Shown here: positions 50,501-63,039 of the stretch, piece after piece
Layout: every line of letters begins with the position of its first letter
How positions within the stretch are numbered: the stretch's first letter is position 1
NCBI RefSeq assembly: GCF_036321535.1
Contig: NC_087436.1
Location: 119,848,001-119,912,000, forward strand
Length of the DNA stretch: 64,000 bases
Reading direction: 5' to 3'
DNA from: Camelus dromedarius
Lineage: Eukaryota
Translations under genes and position numbers: made by a program
Notes under the pieces: model-generated
What the model was told of the DNA's origin: nothing
Database searches by the model: none
The model's input: the letters and a program-made list of their open reading frames with translations, nothing else

Positions 50501-53500
50501 ATCCCACCAGACCTCTTAGCGCAATCTCTGCCTCCTTTCCTCATTTTGGCCCCAGCAGTGCATGGTGGTGGTCTGCCCTCAGGAAGGAGCCCAGGTCAAC
50601 CCCGCCCACGGACATGGCTGCCCCAGACCCCCGTGTGCACTCAGAGAACTCCTAGGTGGGGGTAACTCTGTCCTTCTGGTCCACGTGGAGAGCAGCAGCC
50701 TGGTGGCCGGCTTGCTGCCCCTGCATCCTCTGGGATCCCCAGACGCTGTTTCCAGGAGCTTGGAAAGCCGGGATCTGCTCATGTTTGAGGAGTGTTCTAG
50801 GCAGCAGGGAGTTCTTTTTGTTTGTTTCTCCTCTAGTTGAAATGCTTAGGCGACCTGTTGCGTTTTGCTTTGAAATCTTCTCCCCAGTATTGACCAGCAT
50901 CTCCCTTTTCTGGCCTAAGCCTTTGACCAAGAACGTGCCACGAGGAAGGGCCGAGGCACAGAGTGGGGTGAACCTGGCTTTGAGGGGGTTCAGATCCCAG
51001 TGTCTCACCCTCCTGGGTCTCTGAGGTGCAATTTGGGTATGAAATGAGGTGATGAAGGGTGTCACACAGCACCTGACCCCCAGGGCAGGATGCAGTGTCC
51101 ATGTTGTACAGCACCAGGGGACTGCCCCCCCGACACTGAGCCATCCCAGTGCACGGACATGCGGGCACAGCACCTGGCACGGGGCAGGCACTGTGAGAGG
51201 GCCGACCTGCCGCCACCGTGTGTGTTTGTCAGGACGTGCCGTCAGGCATGAGCCTGGACCCCTGTTCCATCCTCCCATCACCCTGGGAGGACCTCCATCT
51301 CCCTGTTGTTGGGAAATGAGCTTGAGAAGCACACTGAACTTCAGGGTACCCACACCTGGTCTCGGCTGCTGCAGAGCTGGCCACACCTGCATCTGGCCTC
51401 CTGTGGCACAGGGCTGTGGGTGCCCTGGTGTGGTGCCCTCGTACACAGTGCTCACATTCAGGACACCTTTCTGGACCCTGGGACCTGGGCCTGGATGGAG
51501 GCTGCCACCTGCACATGAAAACCCTTGGGGAGCAACCAGATGCACCCTCTTGGTGTGTGCTCCACTGATGTGAGGGAGGCTGGGCGCCCACAGCATCAGT
51601 TCTCTGGGACGGGAGGTGTCCAGGTCTTGTTGATTTTCATTTCTGCTATAGATTTTTGTTTCACTACCAAGGAACATTCTGGCGCCCTGTGCTGCACACT
51701 TGCAAATTGAGGTCATGCTTGAATGATACTCTCCAGGCAAGATGCATGCAGACCGCTGGTGGGGGTACCCAGGCTTGAGGGGTCCGAGGGATAAGATTGG
51801 ATGTGCTGGTTTGCTCATCTTTTAAGAAAGTTCTTTTGCTGCAGTGGCGAGACTGGAGTGGACTAAAGGAGAGTCAATTCTTCATCCATCCATCTAGCCA
51901 TTCACCCATCCACCCATGCATTCATTCAGCCATCTGATGGGCATCCATGTGGCTCCAACACCTGTGGGGTCCAGGTGAGCACTGCTGAGCTTGAACCTGG
52001 GTGGGCAGGTTCACAGAGCAGGGGAGGGCAGGGACACAGAGCAGGGGCATGGTCAGGAGAGATTTTGTGATTAGATGATGCTCCTAGCCTGCTGGCATGA
52101 GCAGTGGGTGAATGCAGGTGCTGTTTCCTGAGATGAGGGAGCCTTGAAGAGATGGCAGACCTTAGTGGGAGCATGAAGAGCCCAGGAAGGGACACACTGT
52201 TTGCATTGGCCTGGGGCATGCAGAAGTAGCGCCCAGGGGGCCCTCAGGGTGGTCAGGCCTGAGCGGGAGACAGAGGTCAGGGCTGGCGGTGTGGAAGAGC
52301 CGTGTGTGCCCGCTGCTGCTCTGATTCCATGAGGTGGGCTCCCAGGGGGCTCTCCTTAGCCTGGACAGGCCTCCGGAGTTCTCTGCTCAGCCTTGGCTGA
52401 CAAGAGGAGGCAGATGGAGTTGGGTGTCAGTCCCCAGCTCCCCAGCTCTTTGAGAACAAAGCCAGGGCTCCTGGAGGCCCCCTGCCATCCCCAGACCTCA
52501 CCCCCCTTCCCCTGGCTCAGTGCTCAGGGCGGGGCCAGGTCCCCAGGCCAGTTACAAGGGTGGGAGCCCCTGCCTGGTGGGGAGACCAGCCAGGAGCGGG
52601 GGCCTGTGGAGGCTGGGAAGCCGACCTTGTGCTAAATGGGCCTTCACTTCCAATCGGCGATATTCTCTGTTTCCCCGGGGAGCCAGGCAGCCTCTCCTGT
52701 CCAGGAGAAAAATGGCTCAAATGGGGCTATCGGTGGACAGAGCTGTCATCTCGGAAACAGAGTGAGCCCCTTGAAACGTCAGCTGATGCGCGGAAACGAC
52801 TGCCCCTCAGCGCCCCTAGGTTGCTGCGGGAGAGACGGGAGGAGGAGAGAAGCCCTGCTTCCACAGAAGTGCGTCCTCGGGCTCTGGCCTCTGCCTCTGG
52901 GAAAACACGAGGGAAAGGGACACTGGGCTTAGTCCCTCCTCTGCGGTGCTGCAGATTCTCACACCCCGAAGACCACGACCCAAAAGTCAACTAGAACATG
53001 AAAAAGGCCACTCTGGGCATCCTGGGGGGCTGCCCACCCGTGTGTCAGGGACTCCACCCTCTTCTGCAGGGCCCCAGGGACCACTGGCCACACCTACTCT
53101 GCCAAGGGGACCCACGCATGCAGGGTGACCATGCCATGTGGCACGGTCAGCAGCTGTGTCCAGTGCAGCCGGTGATGGAGGGGACACCGCCTCCAGGTTG
53201 AGGATGCTGACATGGGCCTCCCATCCTGGTTTTCCACGGCGCCCCTGCTCAGCGTCCCCTTTAAGTAAGAATCAGGGCTTCAGAAAACTGCTTCTGATAG
53301 GCTGTTGGCTGCAGCCTGAATTTCATCCCTTTTCCCTTCAGACTCAAGTGCTTAGAGAATAGTGGCAGAGGATGTGCCATCCTTGTGCAGAGGGGGCTCT
53401 TACTAAGCTTGAAGGACCCCAGCCTGGGAAAGACAGCTTAAATCTGAAAGTGATGTCCGCAGTGGGGGAGGCCGGGTCTCCGAGGGGCCTGATGGGCCGA

Positions 53501-54044
53501 GAGCGTCTCCAGCCTCTGCCACGTTTTTTATTTTTGCATCAGCACCTGTTCTTGCTTTAGTTTAGCTCCGCCTCTGCCATGGCTCCACCCCAAGGCTGCA
53601 AAAGCGACTCCTGCCCTGATGTGTAAGCCGGTCTTCTCACGGCTTGTATCTGTGGCTGTGCCGCATCCCCACAGGCACCCGGCAGAAGCCCCGGTGTGGT
53701 CCTCGCCCTCGGTCTTCCTTGCCCTCCAAACCCCAGCTGCTGTGGACTCCTGCCAGTGCCCCGGGCCCCTCTCCATCTCCTCTGCCGCCCCTTACTTACG
53801 CCTGGTTCACCCCAGTGGCCTCCTCACCATCAGCCCAGCTCTCCCAGACCTGGCATCCCTCAGCCTCCAGGGCGCAGCGCTGCCCAGGCCACCTGACCTC
53901 CTGTTGTTCTTCGTGTGAAACCCCTGCTGCTCACCTCCCCAGCCTCACCTCATGCCTGCAGGCCTGTCCCTTCCAGCCCAGCCCCTCCCCCCTGTTCCTC
54001 TCGCTCAGGGCCCCTCCTCCCCTAAAGCAGCTCGGGCAGGCACC

Positions 54045-54561
54045 TCTCCACCCCCCAACAAGGTCCACATCCTAATCACTGGAACCTGTGCATACACACT
54101 GCATGTGGCAGAGGGGGTGTACACACTGCGTGTGGCAGAGGGGACTGTGCAGACGTGGCTGAGCTAAGGAGCTGGAGATGGGAGGTTATCCCTGATCATC
54201 CCGTAGACGACTGTGGTCACAGTAATCCTGCTAAGAGGGGGGCAGGAGGATCAGAGGAGATGTGACAGTGCAAGCAGACGGTCACAGGGAGGTGGGGGAA
54301 CTGGGGAGAGACGGGGGCAGAGAAGGGTGCGGGGAGACCAGCGGTCCCGTCCGTCGCTGTGCTGCTGACTTTGAAGATGGGAGGGCCCGGGAGTGGGTTC
54401 TCCCCTGGGACCATCAGCAAGGGACCGGCCCTGCCCACAGCTCGACTTCAGTCCACTGACACTGATTTGGGACTCAGGCCTCAAGAACTGTAAGAGAATA
54501 GACCTGTGTGGTTTTAAGCCGTGAACTTGTCATTTGCACAGCAACCACAGGAAACTCATAC
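54045..54561 (+). mobile_element. MLT1D-like LTR with an internal 27-bp tandem duplication
   Basis: gtccacatcctaatc…gctgactttgaagatgg…agaactgtaagagaata…ggaaactcatac; tacacactgc(a/g)tgtggcagagggg occurs twice (54093, 54120). Confidence 0.8.
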
Positions 54562-55663
54562 GCTACCCCAGTGTCCCGGGGCCCCAGGGCTGGCAGGGAC
54601 CTGAGAACACCGGTTTCTGTGCCCGTGGAGAGCCAGCCACCACTGGGATCATCTCACACCTCTTTGGTCCCACTGCCATCCATGGTCAGTAAATGCCAAG
54701 GGCTGAAGGGCTTCTTCTTGGATTGGAAGAAGCTGTGCAATGTGAGGGCCTGGACAGAGGACTGTGGGCAGGTGTGTGCTGGTGGGCGACACTGGTGGTG
54801 ACAACGGGCATGGTACAGCTGGCGCAGGCAGCAGGCAGGTACAGCAGCCCTGGGGAGAGGACGGTGGGGCTTACAGCACGGCCACCTGACAACGGGTCCC
54901 TTACATCCCAGCAGTGGAGACACAGGTCCTCAAATGAGGCAGAACCAGGGCTTGGGGAAATTTCCTGAGCCCCTCTGAGCCTTGCTGGTCAAATGGGTGC
55001 AGTGCTTTCTAGGCTGCTGGGCGTGGGGTCGGGCGCCGAGCCACTGCCGGTTCCGTGACAGGTGCTGATGACGTTGATTATTATCCTACCAAAGGCACAC
55101 AGCAGCTCAGGCCACAGGTGTCCTCAGCCTCCAGGTGAGCAGCCTGCAGCTCAGAGAGAAGAAGTAATTCTCCAGGTCAGGGCGGAGCTGGGCCCCCTCC
55201 TGGGCGGGGTTCTTACAGCCCTGCCCTCTGTGCACCCTGCAGCCCTGGCGCTGTGGAAGGTGCAGGACAAACTGAGGGCGGGGCAGAGGGAAGCCCAGGG
55301 AAAGTGCTTTGTATCCGTATTTTTAGCACTTGTTTGCCACCCAGCTTTGGCAGTGGTAGTCTGTAAGTTACAGAACTGCTGATCATGCCCCTCCTCGCCT
55401 CATATGCAAATACTCTGGTTTTCACGAATTCGGCAAGTCACGTGGCTTATCCAGGGGGTATGGCTGCCCTTACTAGGGAAGGAGGCCTGATTGATCAGTG
55501 GTGTCGACTTAGGTGCCAGAGGGATAGAGTGGCAGCACCCATGTTGGTAGCAGCTGTCCGTGCATGACCTTTGAGAAGACTTCCATTTCTAGTGTTTTCT
55601 GTTCTACTGGTCTTCCTGTGACAAACCAGCCATCAAATAAATACCTGTCCTCACCCTCTATGC

Positions 55664-56220
55664 TGTATTAGTCAGGATTCATTTGATTGTAAGTAATATG
55701 AAGCCACTCAGATAAGAAGAGTAACACATTGGCTTATGAAGACCGGAGGTAGAGTTTCCTTCAGGCACAGCTTGATCCAGGGCCTTTAATAGTGACATCA
55801 GCACTCAGTGTCTCTCTCTCTCCATCTCCCAGCTCTGCTCTCCTGGGGCTAGGCTTCAGTCTCAGGCACAATCTGGCCTTTTGGTAGAAAAGATGATGTC
55901 TGGCAGCCCCAGACACACAAGATCCCTAGCATCATGATATCAAAAGGAGCAGGGGTCCATTCCCAGTAGTTTCAGCACAGATCCCAGGGAAGATTCCCAT
56001 TGGCTGGACCTAGGGTCATGTGCCCTGTTCCTGAAGCAGTGGGTATGGCCAGAACGAGCTGATGCTCTGATTGGCCAGGCCTGGTCACATGTTCTCAGGG
56101 AGGCGGGGTCAGCCCACCCACATGGGTTTCAGTGAGGAGAGGATGGTTCCCCAAGCCAGGCAAACAAGGTTTTGGGAACAGGAGCAGGTGGAAGCAAGAA
56201 CAGCCCACGTGCACATGTCC
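55664..56220 (-). mobile_element. Older MLT1 (J/K-like) LTR
   Basis: tgtattagtcagg…ttcaggcacagcttgatccaggg…tctcccagctctgct…tctgattggccaggcctggtcacatg. Confidence 0.7.
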
Positions 56221-57134
56221 ACCAGCATTGACTGACCTTGCTCCTGCTGAGTTTCTTCTAACGCTGCTGTTAAAAAAAAAAAATCATTTCTCATTTGAGG
56301 GATTTTCCTTTTAAATCTCAAAGTCCCTCTTCCTGCCTCTTTCAACCCACCAGCCAGTGTATATTTTTAGCTTGAAAGACGGGCCTCACAGCCAGCCTTT
56401 CCTGCCAGCCTGCTTTCCCAGGAAGTGCCCTGCCTTCAGCCAGTGTTCCAGATGTGGACCCCCGTGGGGTGTAGGGGGCTTGGGTGAGGAGCTGGGGGTT
56501 CCCCAGGCCAGAACTGGAGCATTGACAGTCTGCCCGTCACTGGTCACCTCCCTGAACTTACAGACCATGGAGGGAGCTTGTCAGGCCTCTGGCTTCTCAG
56601 AACCCTGTGTCCTTAGCAGGGCATGGTGCTGTCTGCACAGGAAGCAAACAACACAACACTGCCCGAGGAGGGCCCAGCACCTGCCCGAGTGTGCAGTGGG
56701 TGCTCAGTTAACACCATTCCTGCCTGTGAGTGCCCACAGCTCACAGTGCGCCCAGAGCTGGTCAGGGTACATGTCGTTCACGCTCTCTGAATGCATGGGG
56801 ACTCCCCAGGGACCAGCACCACGTCTGCTCATCTTTGCTCCCCAGGCTTGCCCAGGATGACCCCATCACGGGCACCTGGGAACTGATGAGAATGTACCAG
56901 ATGAGCTCCCAGCGCCGGGGGCACAGGGAAGCCGGCCTTGGAAGGCAGGACGGGATCAGGGAGAGGGAGGTGAGCCCTCACATTTGTTCCCAAGGACTGG
57001 GACAAGTCCGAAGTGTCTCCAACATGAATCCACTGGGGGATGGTTTGAGTGGGGCTGGGGGAGGCCATGTGCAGACAGGAGATAGCAGGTCCTCTCTATT
57101 CCTGCAGGGAGATAGCATCTTTTTGTTCCTTGCA

Positions 57135-57137
<3 letters not shown>

Positions 57138-57177
<40 letters not shown>
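57138..57177. repeat. (GT)20 microsatellite
   Basis: Perfect dinucleotide run. Confidence 0.97.
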
Positions 57178-57179
<2 letters not shown>

Positions 57180-58012
57180 CAAGGAAACGCCCTGGCTGTG
57201 AACAGCCCTAAGACTGTGCTGTGGGGAGGTGAAGGCCGGGGGCCCTGGGGGGGAGTGGGGACCTAGTTCTGGGCCTGCCCCCACCCTGTCCTCCTGGGCT
57301 GTCCACAGAGGACAGCGTCTCTTGGGGCCTCAGCTTCTGCACCTGCAAAAAACAAGTGTCGGCCTCCTACAAGTCCGCGGCCCTCCAGCACCTCGGCTTT
57401 ATGTGGCTGTGGTTAACATAAGGTGGTGGCAGCTGAGGACTCTGGTGGCACTCAGCAAAACCAGTGCAAGCTGGCAGCAGCAGAGGGGTCTTTACTGGAG
57501 AGATGTCAGATGGAATTAGAAGCACAAGAATGTAGCTGGCAAAGGGCGGGAAGCAGGGAGGCTGCAGGGCCTGAGGTAGCTTCACGGCTGCCGGAACAAA
57601 GAACCTGATGACGTAAGAACTCAGTGGCACCCACCCTTATGTCTCCGCAAGGCCGTGGACTTGCCGCGTGAAAAGGCAAGGACCTTGACGGATGATCCCA
57701 ATGTCATAGTCCGCCGTGGGAGGTGGTTATTCTGTAAGAGGGAAGTGGGATAGTCTTCCCATGTGCCTGTGACCACACGTCCTTTACCACAAAGGGGAAG
57801 TGAAGTATCCAAGTGTCCAAGCCCCTCGGTCCATCTGTCCAACAGGGGACCACGGGGCATGGGGACAAGGTGAGTTTCAAGGCAGCCCTCCTGTTGGTGA
57901 GCCAGGGTGAGCTTGGGCCTGTTACGTGACGTCTGGGCCTCAGGTTCCCTCTGGGATACGGATGGGTGACACAGGCCTTGGAGCCTTAACTGGGGTGCTC
58001 TCTCCAATGTGC

Positions 58013-58458
58013 TGTGGAGGGCTGAATAATGCCCCCGCCGAGATGTCCCCTTCCTAACACCCAGGAGCTGTGAGTGTTACCATGAAAGGGAACAGGGACT
58101 TTGCAGATGGAATTAGGTTAAGGATCTTGAGCTGGGAGATGATCTGGATAATCCAGGCGAACCCTATGTGATAACAAGGGTCCTGATTAGAGGGAGGTGG
58201 GAGGGTCCAGGTGAGAGAGAGATTGAAGACTGTGCTGCTGGCTTGAACACAGAGGAAGGGCCATGAGCCAAGAAACATGGGTGCCTCTAGAAGCTGGAGA
58301 AGAAAGGACACAGATTCCCTCTGGAACCTCCAGAAGGAACCTGCCCCACTGACACTTTGATTTTAGCCACATAAGCCTCATTCCAGAATAGTAAGATACC
58401 ACATCAGGATGGTTCGAAGCCACCAAGTTTGTGGTGCTTTGTTATAGGAAACATCACA
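58013..58458 (+). mobile_element. MLT1D-like LTR
   Basis: tgtggagggctgaataatg…gggactttgcagatgg…gttaaggatcttgag…gcctctagaagctgga…aagccaccaagtttgtgg. Confidence 0.85.
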
Positions 58459-59735
58459 GGCTGCCAGCACCTGCTGTCACCTTCCCTAGCATTTTGGTGG
58501 AGAGAGAGACACCCCACAACTGGTTCCCAACCAGTGTCACCTCCCTCCCCCACTTCTCCATACTAGGCCTTGCTGGGCTGTGGCCCCAGAAACTCCCTTC
58601 TGAGAGGCAAACACTGCAGACTGGAGCCCCACCATCCTTGATGACACCTTTGCAAAGTTCTAAGCTCTGTCACACTCTGGCTGCTCACTGTCTCTGCAGT
58701 GGCCCTCCCCTCTGCAGCCCGGGGAGAGCGCACGCACCAGGTAAACAGGGCCCTGCGACCAGCGCTCCCCAGGCTGCCGCCGACGGTCACCCTTACTCGG
58801 GCCAAAGAACTAGCACCCTGGACAGGAAGAGGGCCCCAGCGTGGGGGTGGGGCTGCTGCGGGTCAGGCTGCTGCCCAGCTGGTGTCCCAGCCTTTGTTTT
58901 CCGCCCGGGGCATCTGGTTCATGGCTGCGCCTTGTTGGTTGCACTAACAGGTGTGGCGACTGCCCGTGACTTGTCCCCTCTTTCCGGCTACTCTGTTCCT
59001 GAGGTTCTGGTCACCCTGTTGATTGCCTTTAGCTTGACATGCAAGGTACGCTGGATGGAGCTGTAACAAAGGTGATGGAAATTCTCAAGGGAAAATAACT
59101 TTGCTATCGCTGGTCTGAATCTCTCAGCCCATCCTCCTCCCCTTCCCACCCTGAGAAGGGACTGCTTTTATAAATGGGATTCTTGGGCCAGAGCTCCATG
59201 TGGGGGTGGCTGGGGTGGGTCCTATCCTTCCAGCCTGGCTTGGCGGGTGCACAGTGGCCCTCTACCGCAGCTCGGAATTCAGCCCTGTGTACCATGGATG
59301 AAACTAAGGACCCTCAGGGCCCTGCTGTGGTGAAATCACAGTCCAGTAGAACCAGTAGACAAGGAAAGGGGCGGTCTTAGCGAGGGTGCGTCACATGTGC
59401 TGGTTCAGGTGGCCGAGGGCTGCGACCTGCAGGGAGACCCCGAGCAGAGACTACGGCCCCACGTGGCAGCAAAGAGCCCACCCAAGCGGGCACAGGGCCG
59501 ACTGCAGCGCCCTGCTGTCCGCGTCTCACGGCCCGGCTGGTGGGCTTGCGGCTGTGAACTTGGTGTCAGGCGTGGGCTCCCAGCCCCCCCCCCCCTCCAG
59601 ACCTTGGCCACCGCTCCGCGTGAGAGCTTTTCATCAGATGACATTTATGTTATTTAAAAAAATTAATCAGCGCCTTCTGGGCCGGGTCCGGGTTTGTGAA
59701 AGGAGACTGTGATTAGGTATGTGAATAAATTGTAA

Positions 59736-59805
59736 TACACAAATAACCCCGCCGTGTAATTACTCGGGTGTAAGAGAGTAATTACACGGGTGGTTATACT
59801 GTGTA
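59736..59805. other. 70-nt imperfect inverted repeat (hairpin)
   Basis: Perfect 14-bp stem ccgtgtaattactc (59752-59765) / gagtaattacacgg (59776-59789), 10-nt loop, and about 13 further pairs outward. Confidence 0.85.
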
Positions 59806-60699
59806 ACGTCAGCGCTGCCTGTTCCACACAGCCTGGCGTTCTTAATGGCTGCAGGCGCAGTCACGGCTCCGCGCAGCCCACAGACAGACACCTGAGGACA
59901 CCACCGCGACGTGAATTCTAATTGTCATGTAATTAGAGTACAATTAAATAGTTATTTGTCCCACATAAATTAGCCATTATATGTCCTCCAAAGTCCTGCT
60001 ATACTTCTGGCAGAATGGGGCCATCTCCCTCACAGGTAGGAAAATAAATAGCTTTTCTCCCCTGGAGGGAGGAGCCCCTGAAGTGGGCAGGGGCGTTTCT
60101 CAGGGTCCTCAGCAGTCACTGGGGTTCCTGGCCCCCATGGCGCAGACGGCAGAGACTCCTGGGAAGGCACCTTGCCCTCCCCGCTCCGAGCACCCGCACT
60201 CCCACCGAGGCCCAGAGGGTGATCCTGTGATGAAGGCCACTGGGCCAGGGGCTTCTCTAGCCCACGGCACTGATTTCTTGGGCAAAACAGCATCAGCCCC
60301 TCCCCCAGGCTTCCTAAAGTTCCTTCTAAACTGACTGTGAAGGTGGAGCGTCGATAAACTGCCAGAAACATGGTGTATGTGAGGAACCAGGAGCTTCCAC
60401 TTAGTGGGAATCTCATGAGCCAGAACAGCCCTGCCCACCTGCAAGGAGCCGGGAAGCTCTCCGTGAGATCCCAGCTGGGTGAACATCTCTGCCCGGCCCC
60501 ACCTCCCCATCCCTACGCCCCAGACCCCCGTATTCGCACCGCCTGTGAAATGGAGTGGGTGTGGGGAGATGACATCCTGCCGTGTACGGTCTGGAGAGGT
60601 ACAGTCGGTGTGGGTGGAGGACGGAAGGTTAGCAGGAAGGACAGCAATGAAATTTGGAGGAGAAGATGGGAAGGGAGCAAGGTGGGTTAAGGAAGGCTT

Positions 60700-61638
60700 G
60701 TAAGACCCCCGAAATTTCAGCAATGGGCTAGAGACACTTCAGAAGCAGGAGAGCACAGCAGGGACACCACGGCGGAGACCGACCAGTGATGAGGATGAAG
60801 TCTGCAAGTGCTCACAGAGGAAGATGCTCCAGACAAAAGGACAGCAGTAAGAGGGAAGATGCCAGACCTGGAAGGAGCCAGAGGGTCCCCGTGAGACCCA
60901 CAGGCATTTCCAGATAAGAATCTGGAGCGTTCCACCAGAAGGAGAGATTAAAGATGGGGTGAGGTGGGGGCAGTGGGCGAGTGCTTCCATGAGAAAATAA
61001 ACGCCCTTCGTAAGCCTACCTCCCATTCTGAAGTGTGTTCTTTAATTACAAGGGAAAAAATGACTTGTGATTCTTCCCAAAAAAGAAAAAAAATTTTTAT
61101 AAAAGAATAAAAACCAAGCCATTACAGACATGTCTTCAGTATTAAATTTCAAACGAACACAATGGGTTTCGGGGTGTTCAGGTAAGTATGGAAAAGCTAT
61201 GACCTCAGAATTTTAGCCCCAGTCAGGGGTCATTTGTAGGTTTAAGGAGTACAGAGGCATCTTCAGATGGCCAGGCACCTGACTTGAGCGGAAAATGCCT
61301 TGAAAAGATATTCCAGCAGCGCAGAGGTGGGTTAAGCTCAGGGCTGTTGAAGGCAGAAGGGCCTGGCATAGAAGCGGGGAGGAGGACTGAGGTCAGGTGA
61401 GCTCCAGATTCGGCTTAAATAGTTGTGGCCGTAAAAATGGATAGCAACCAAATGCACATGTCAAAAATATATTTTTCGGAAAGGAAAAGCTATCATTCAA
61501 AATCTGGTTAATACTAATAAAGACTGTGATTTTGGAGATGGGGAGGAGGAAGAGGAAGGGGGGAGGAGAAGCTATCAGACTCGTTTCTAGACACTGAGGG
61601 AAGTCAGGAGGCACCACTTCATTTCTTATTTTGGTAAC
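60700..61638 (+). mobile_element. Ancient L1/HAL1 ORF1-like relic, host of the young L1
   Basis: Degenerate ORF1-like stretches (…gcatttccagataaga…, …cctcagaattttagccccag…, …atcttcagatg…). Confidence 0.45.
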
Positions 61639-61652
61639 TGGAAAACCATAAG

Positions 61653-63039
61653 CTTTTTTTTTTAACATTTTTTATTGAGTTATAGTCATTTTACAATGTT
61701 GTGTCAAATTCCAGTGTAGAGCACAATTTTTCAGTTATACGTGAACACACATATATTCATCGTCACATTTTTTTTTGCTGTGAGCTACCACAAGATCTTG
61801 TATATATTTCCCTGTGCTATGCAGTGTAATCTTGTTTATCTATTCTACATATGCCTGTCAGTATCTTCACATTTTGAAATCCCAGTCTGTCCCTTCCCAC
61901 CCCCACCCCCTTGGCAACCACAAGTTTGTATTCTATGTCTATGAGTCTGTTTCTGTTTTGTATTTATGTTCATTTGTTTTTTAAGATTCCACATATTAGC
62001 AATCTCATATGGTATTTTTCTTTCTCTTTCTGGCTTACTTCACTTAGAATGACATTCTCCAGGGACATCCATGTTGCTGCAAATGGCATTCTGTTGTCGG
62101 TTTTTATGGCTGAATAGTATTCCATTGTATAAATATACCACATCTTCTTTAACCAGTCATTTGTTGATGGACATTTAGGCTGTTTCCATGTCTTGGCTAT
62201 TGTAAATAGTGCCACTATGAACACTGGGGTGCAGGTGTCTTTTTGAAGTAGGGTTCCTTCTGGATATATGCCCAGGAGTGGGATTCCTGGGTCATATGGT
62301 AAGTCTATTGCTAGTCTTTTGAGGAATCTCTATACTGTTTTCCACAGTGGCTGTACCAAACTGCATTCCCACCAGCAATGTTGCCTTTTCTCCACAGCCT
62401 CTCCAGCATTTGTCATTTGTGGACTTTTGAATGATGGCCATTCTGACTGGTGTGAGGTGATACTGGTGATACCTCACACCAGTATGTAAATCAGTGAAGC
62501 TAGAACACATGTAAAGCAATGAAGCTAGAACACTCCCTTACACCACACACAAAAATAAACTCAAAATGGATCAAAGTCTTAAACATAAGACAAGATACAA
62601 TAAACCTCCTAGAAGGAAATACAGGCAAAACATTGTCTCACATACATCTCAGAAATGTTCTCCTAGGACAGTCTACCCAAGCAATAGAAATAAAAGCAAG
62701 AATAAACAAATGGGATCTAATTAAACTTACAAGCTTCTGCACAGCAAAGGAAACCATAAGTAAAACAAAATGACAACTTATGGAATGGGAGAAAATTTTT
62801 GCAAACAATGAAACTGACAAAGGCTTGATCTCCAGAATATATAAGCAGCTCATATGACATAATAAGAAAAAAAACAAACAACCCAATCCAAAAATGGTCA
62901 GAAGACCTAAACAAGCAATTCTCCAAGGAAGACATAGAGATGATCAATAGGCACATGAAAAAATGTTCAATATCACTAATTATCAGAGAAATGCAAATCA
63001 AAACTATGATGAGGTATCACCTCACACCAGTCAGAATGG
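61653..63039 (-). mobile_element. Young, 5'-truncated and 5'-inverted LINE-1 insertion (camelid-like)
   Basis: T-rich tail from 61654, then 3'UTR and ORF2 C-terminus on the minus strand (…MFIVALFTIAKTWKQPKCPS…WYIYTMEYYSAIK…) to ~62463. An ORF2 piece on the plus strand (…KINSKWIK…) runs ~62484-63039. TSD tggaaaa(c/a)cataag at 61639-61652 and 63037-63050. Confidence 0.92.

Noticed and set aside
50652..51818. Longest ORF in the track (388 aa, minus strand), considered as a nested gene such as PSAPL1
   Set aside because: No saposin Cys pattern or any recognisable domain; composition is typical of GC-rich non-coding DNA. Human PSAPL1 is nested in this gene upstream of exon 3, but I see no PSAPL1-like ORF in this window.
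58809..58829. Second RE1-like sequence (tAGCACCctGGACAGgaag)
   Set aside because: Mismatch in the CAGCACC half-site and a poor 3' tail; much weaker than the site at 13441.
61970..63001. ORFs with clear protein similarity (L1 ORF2 C-terminal pieces)
   Set aside because: Fragments of a truncated, inverted L1 with stops and deletions; not a host gene.
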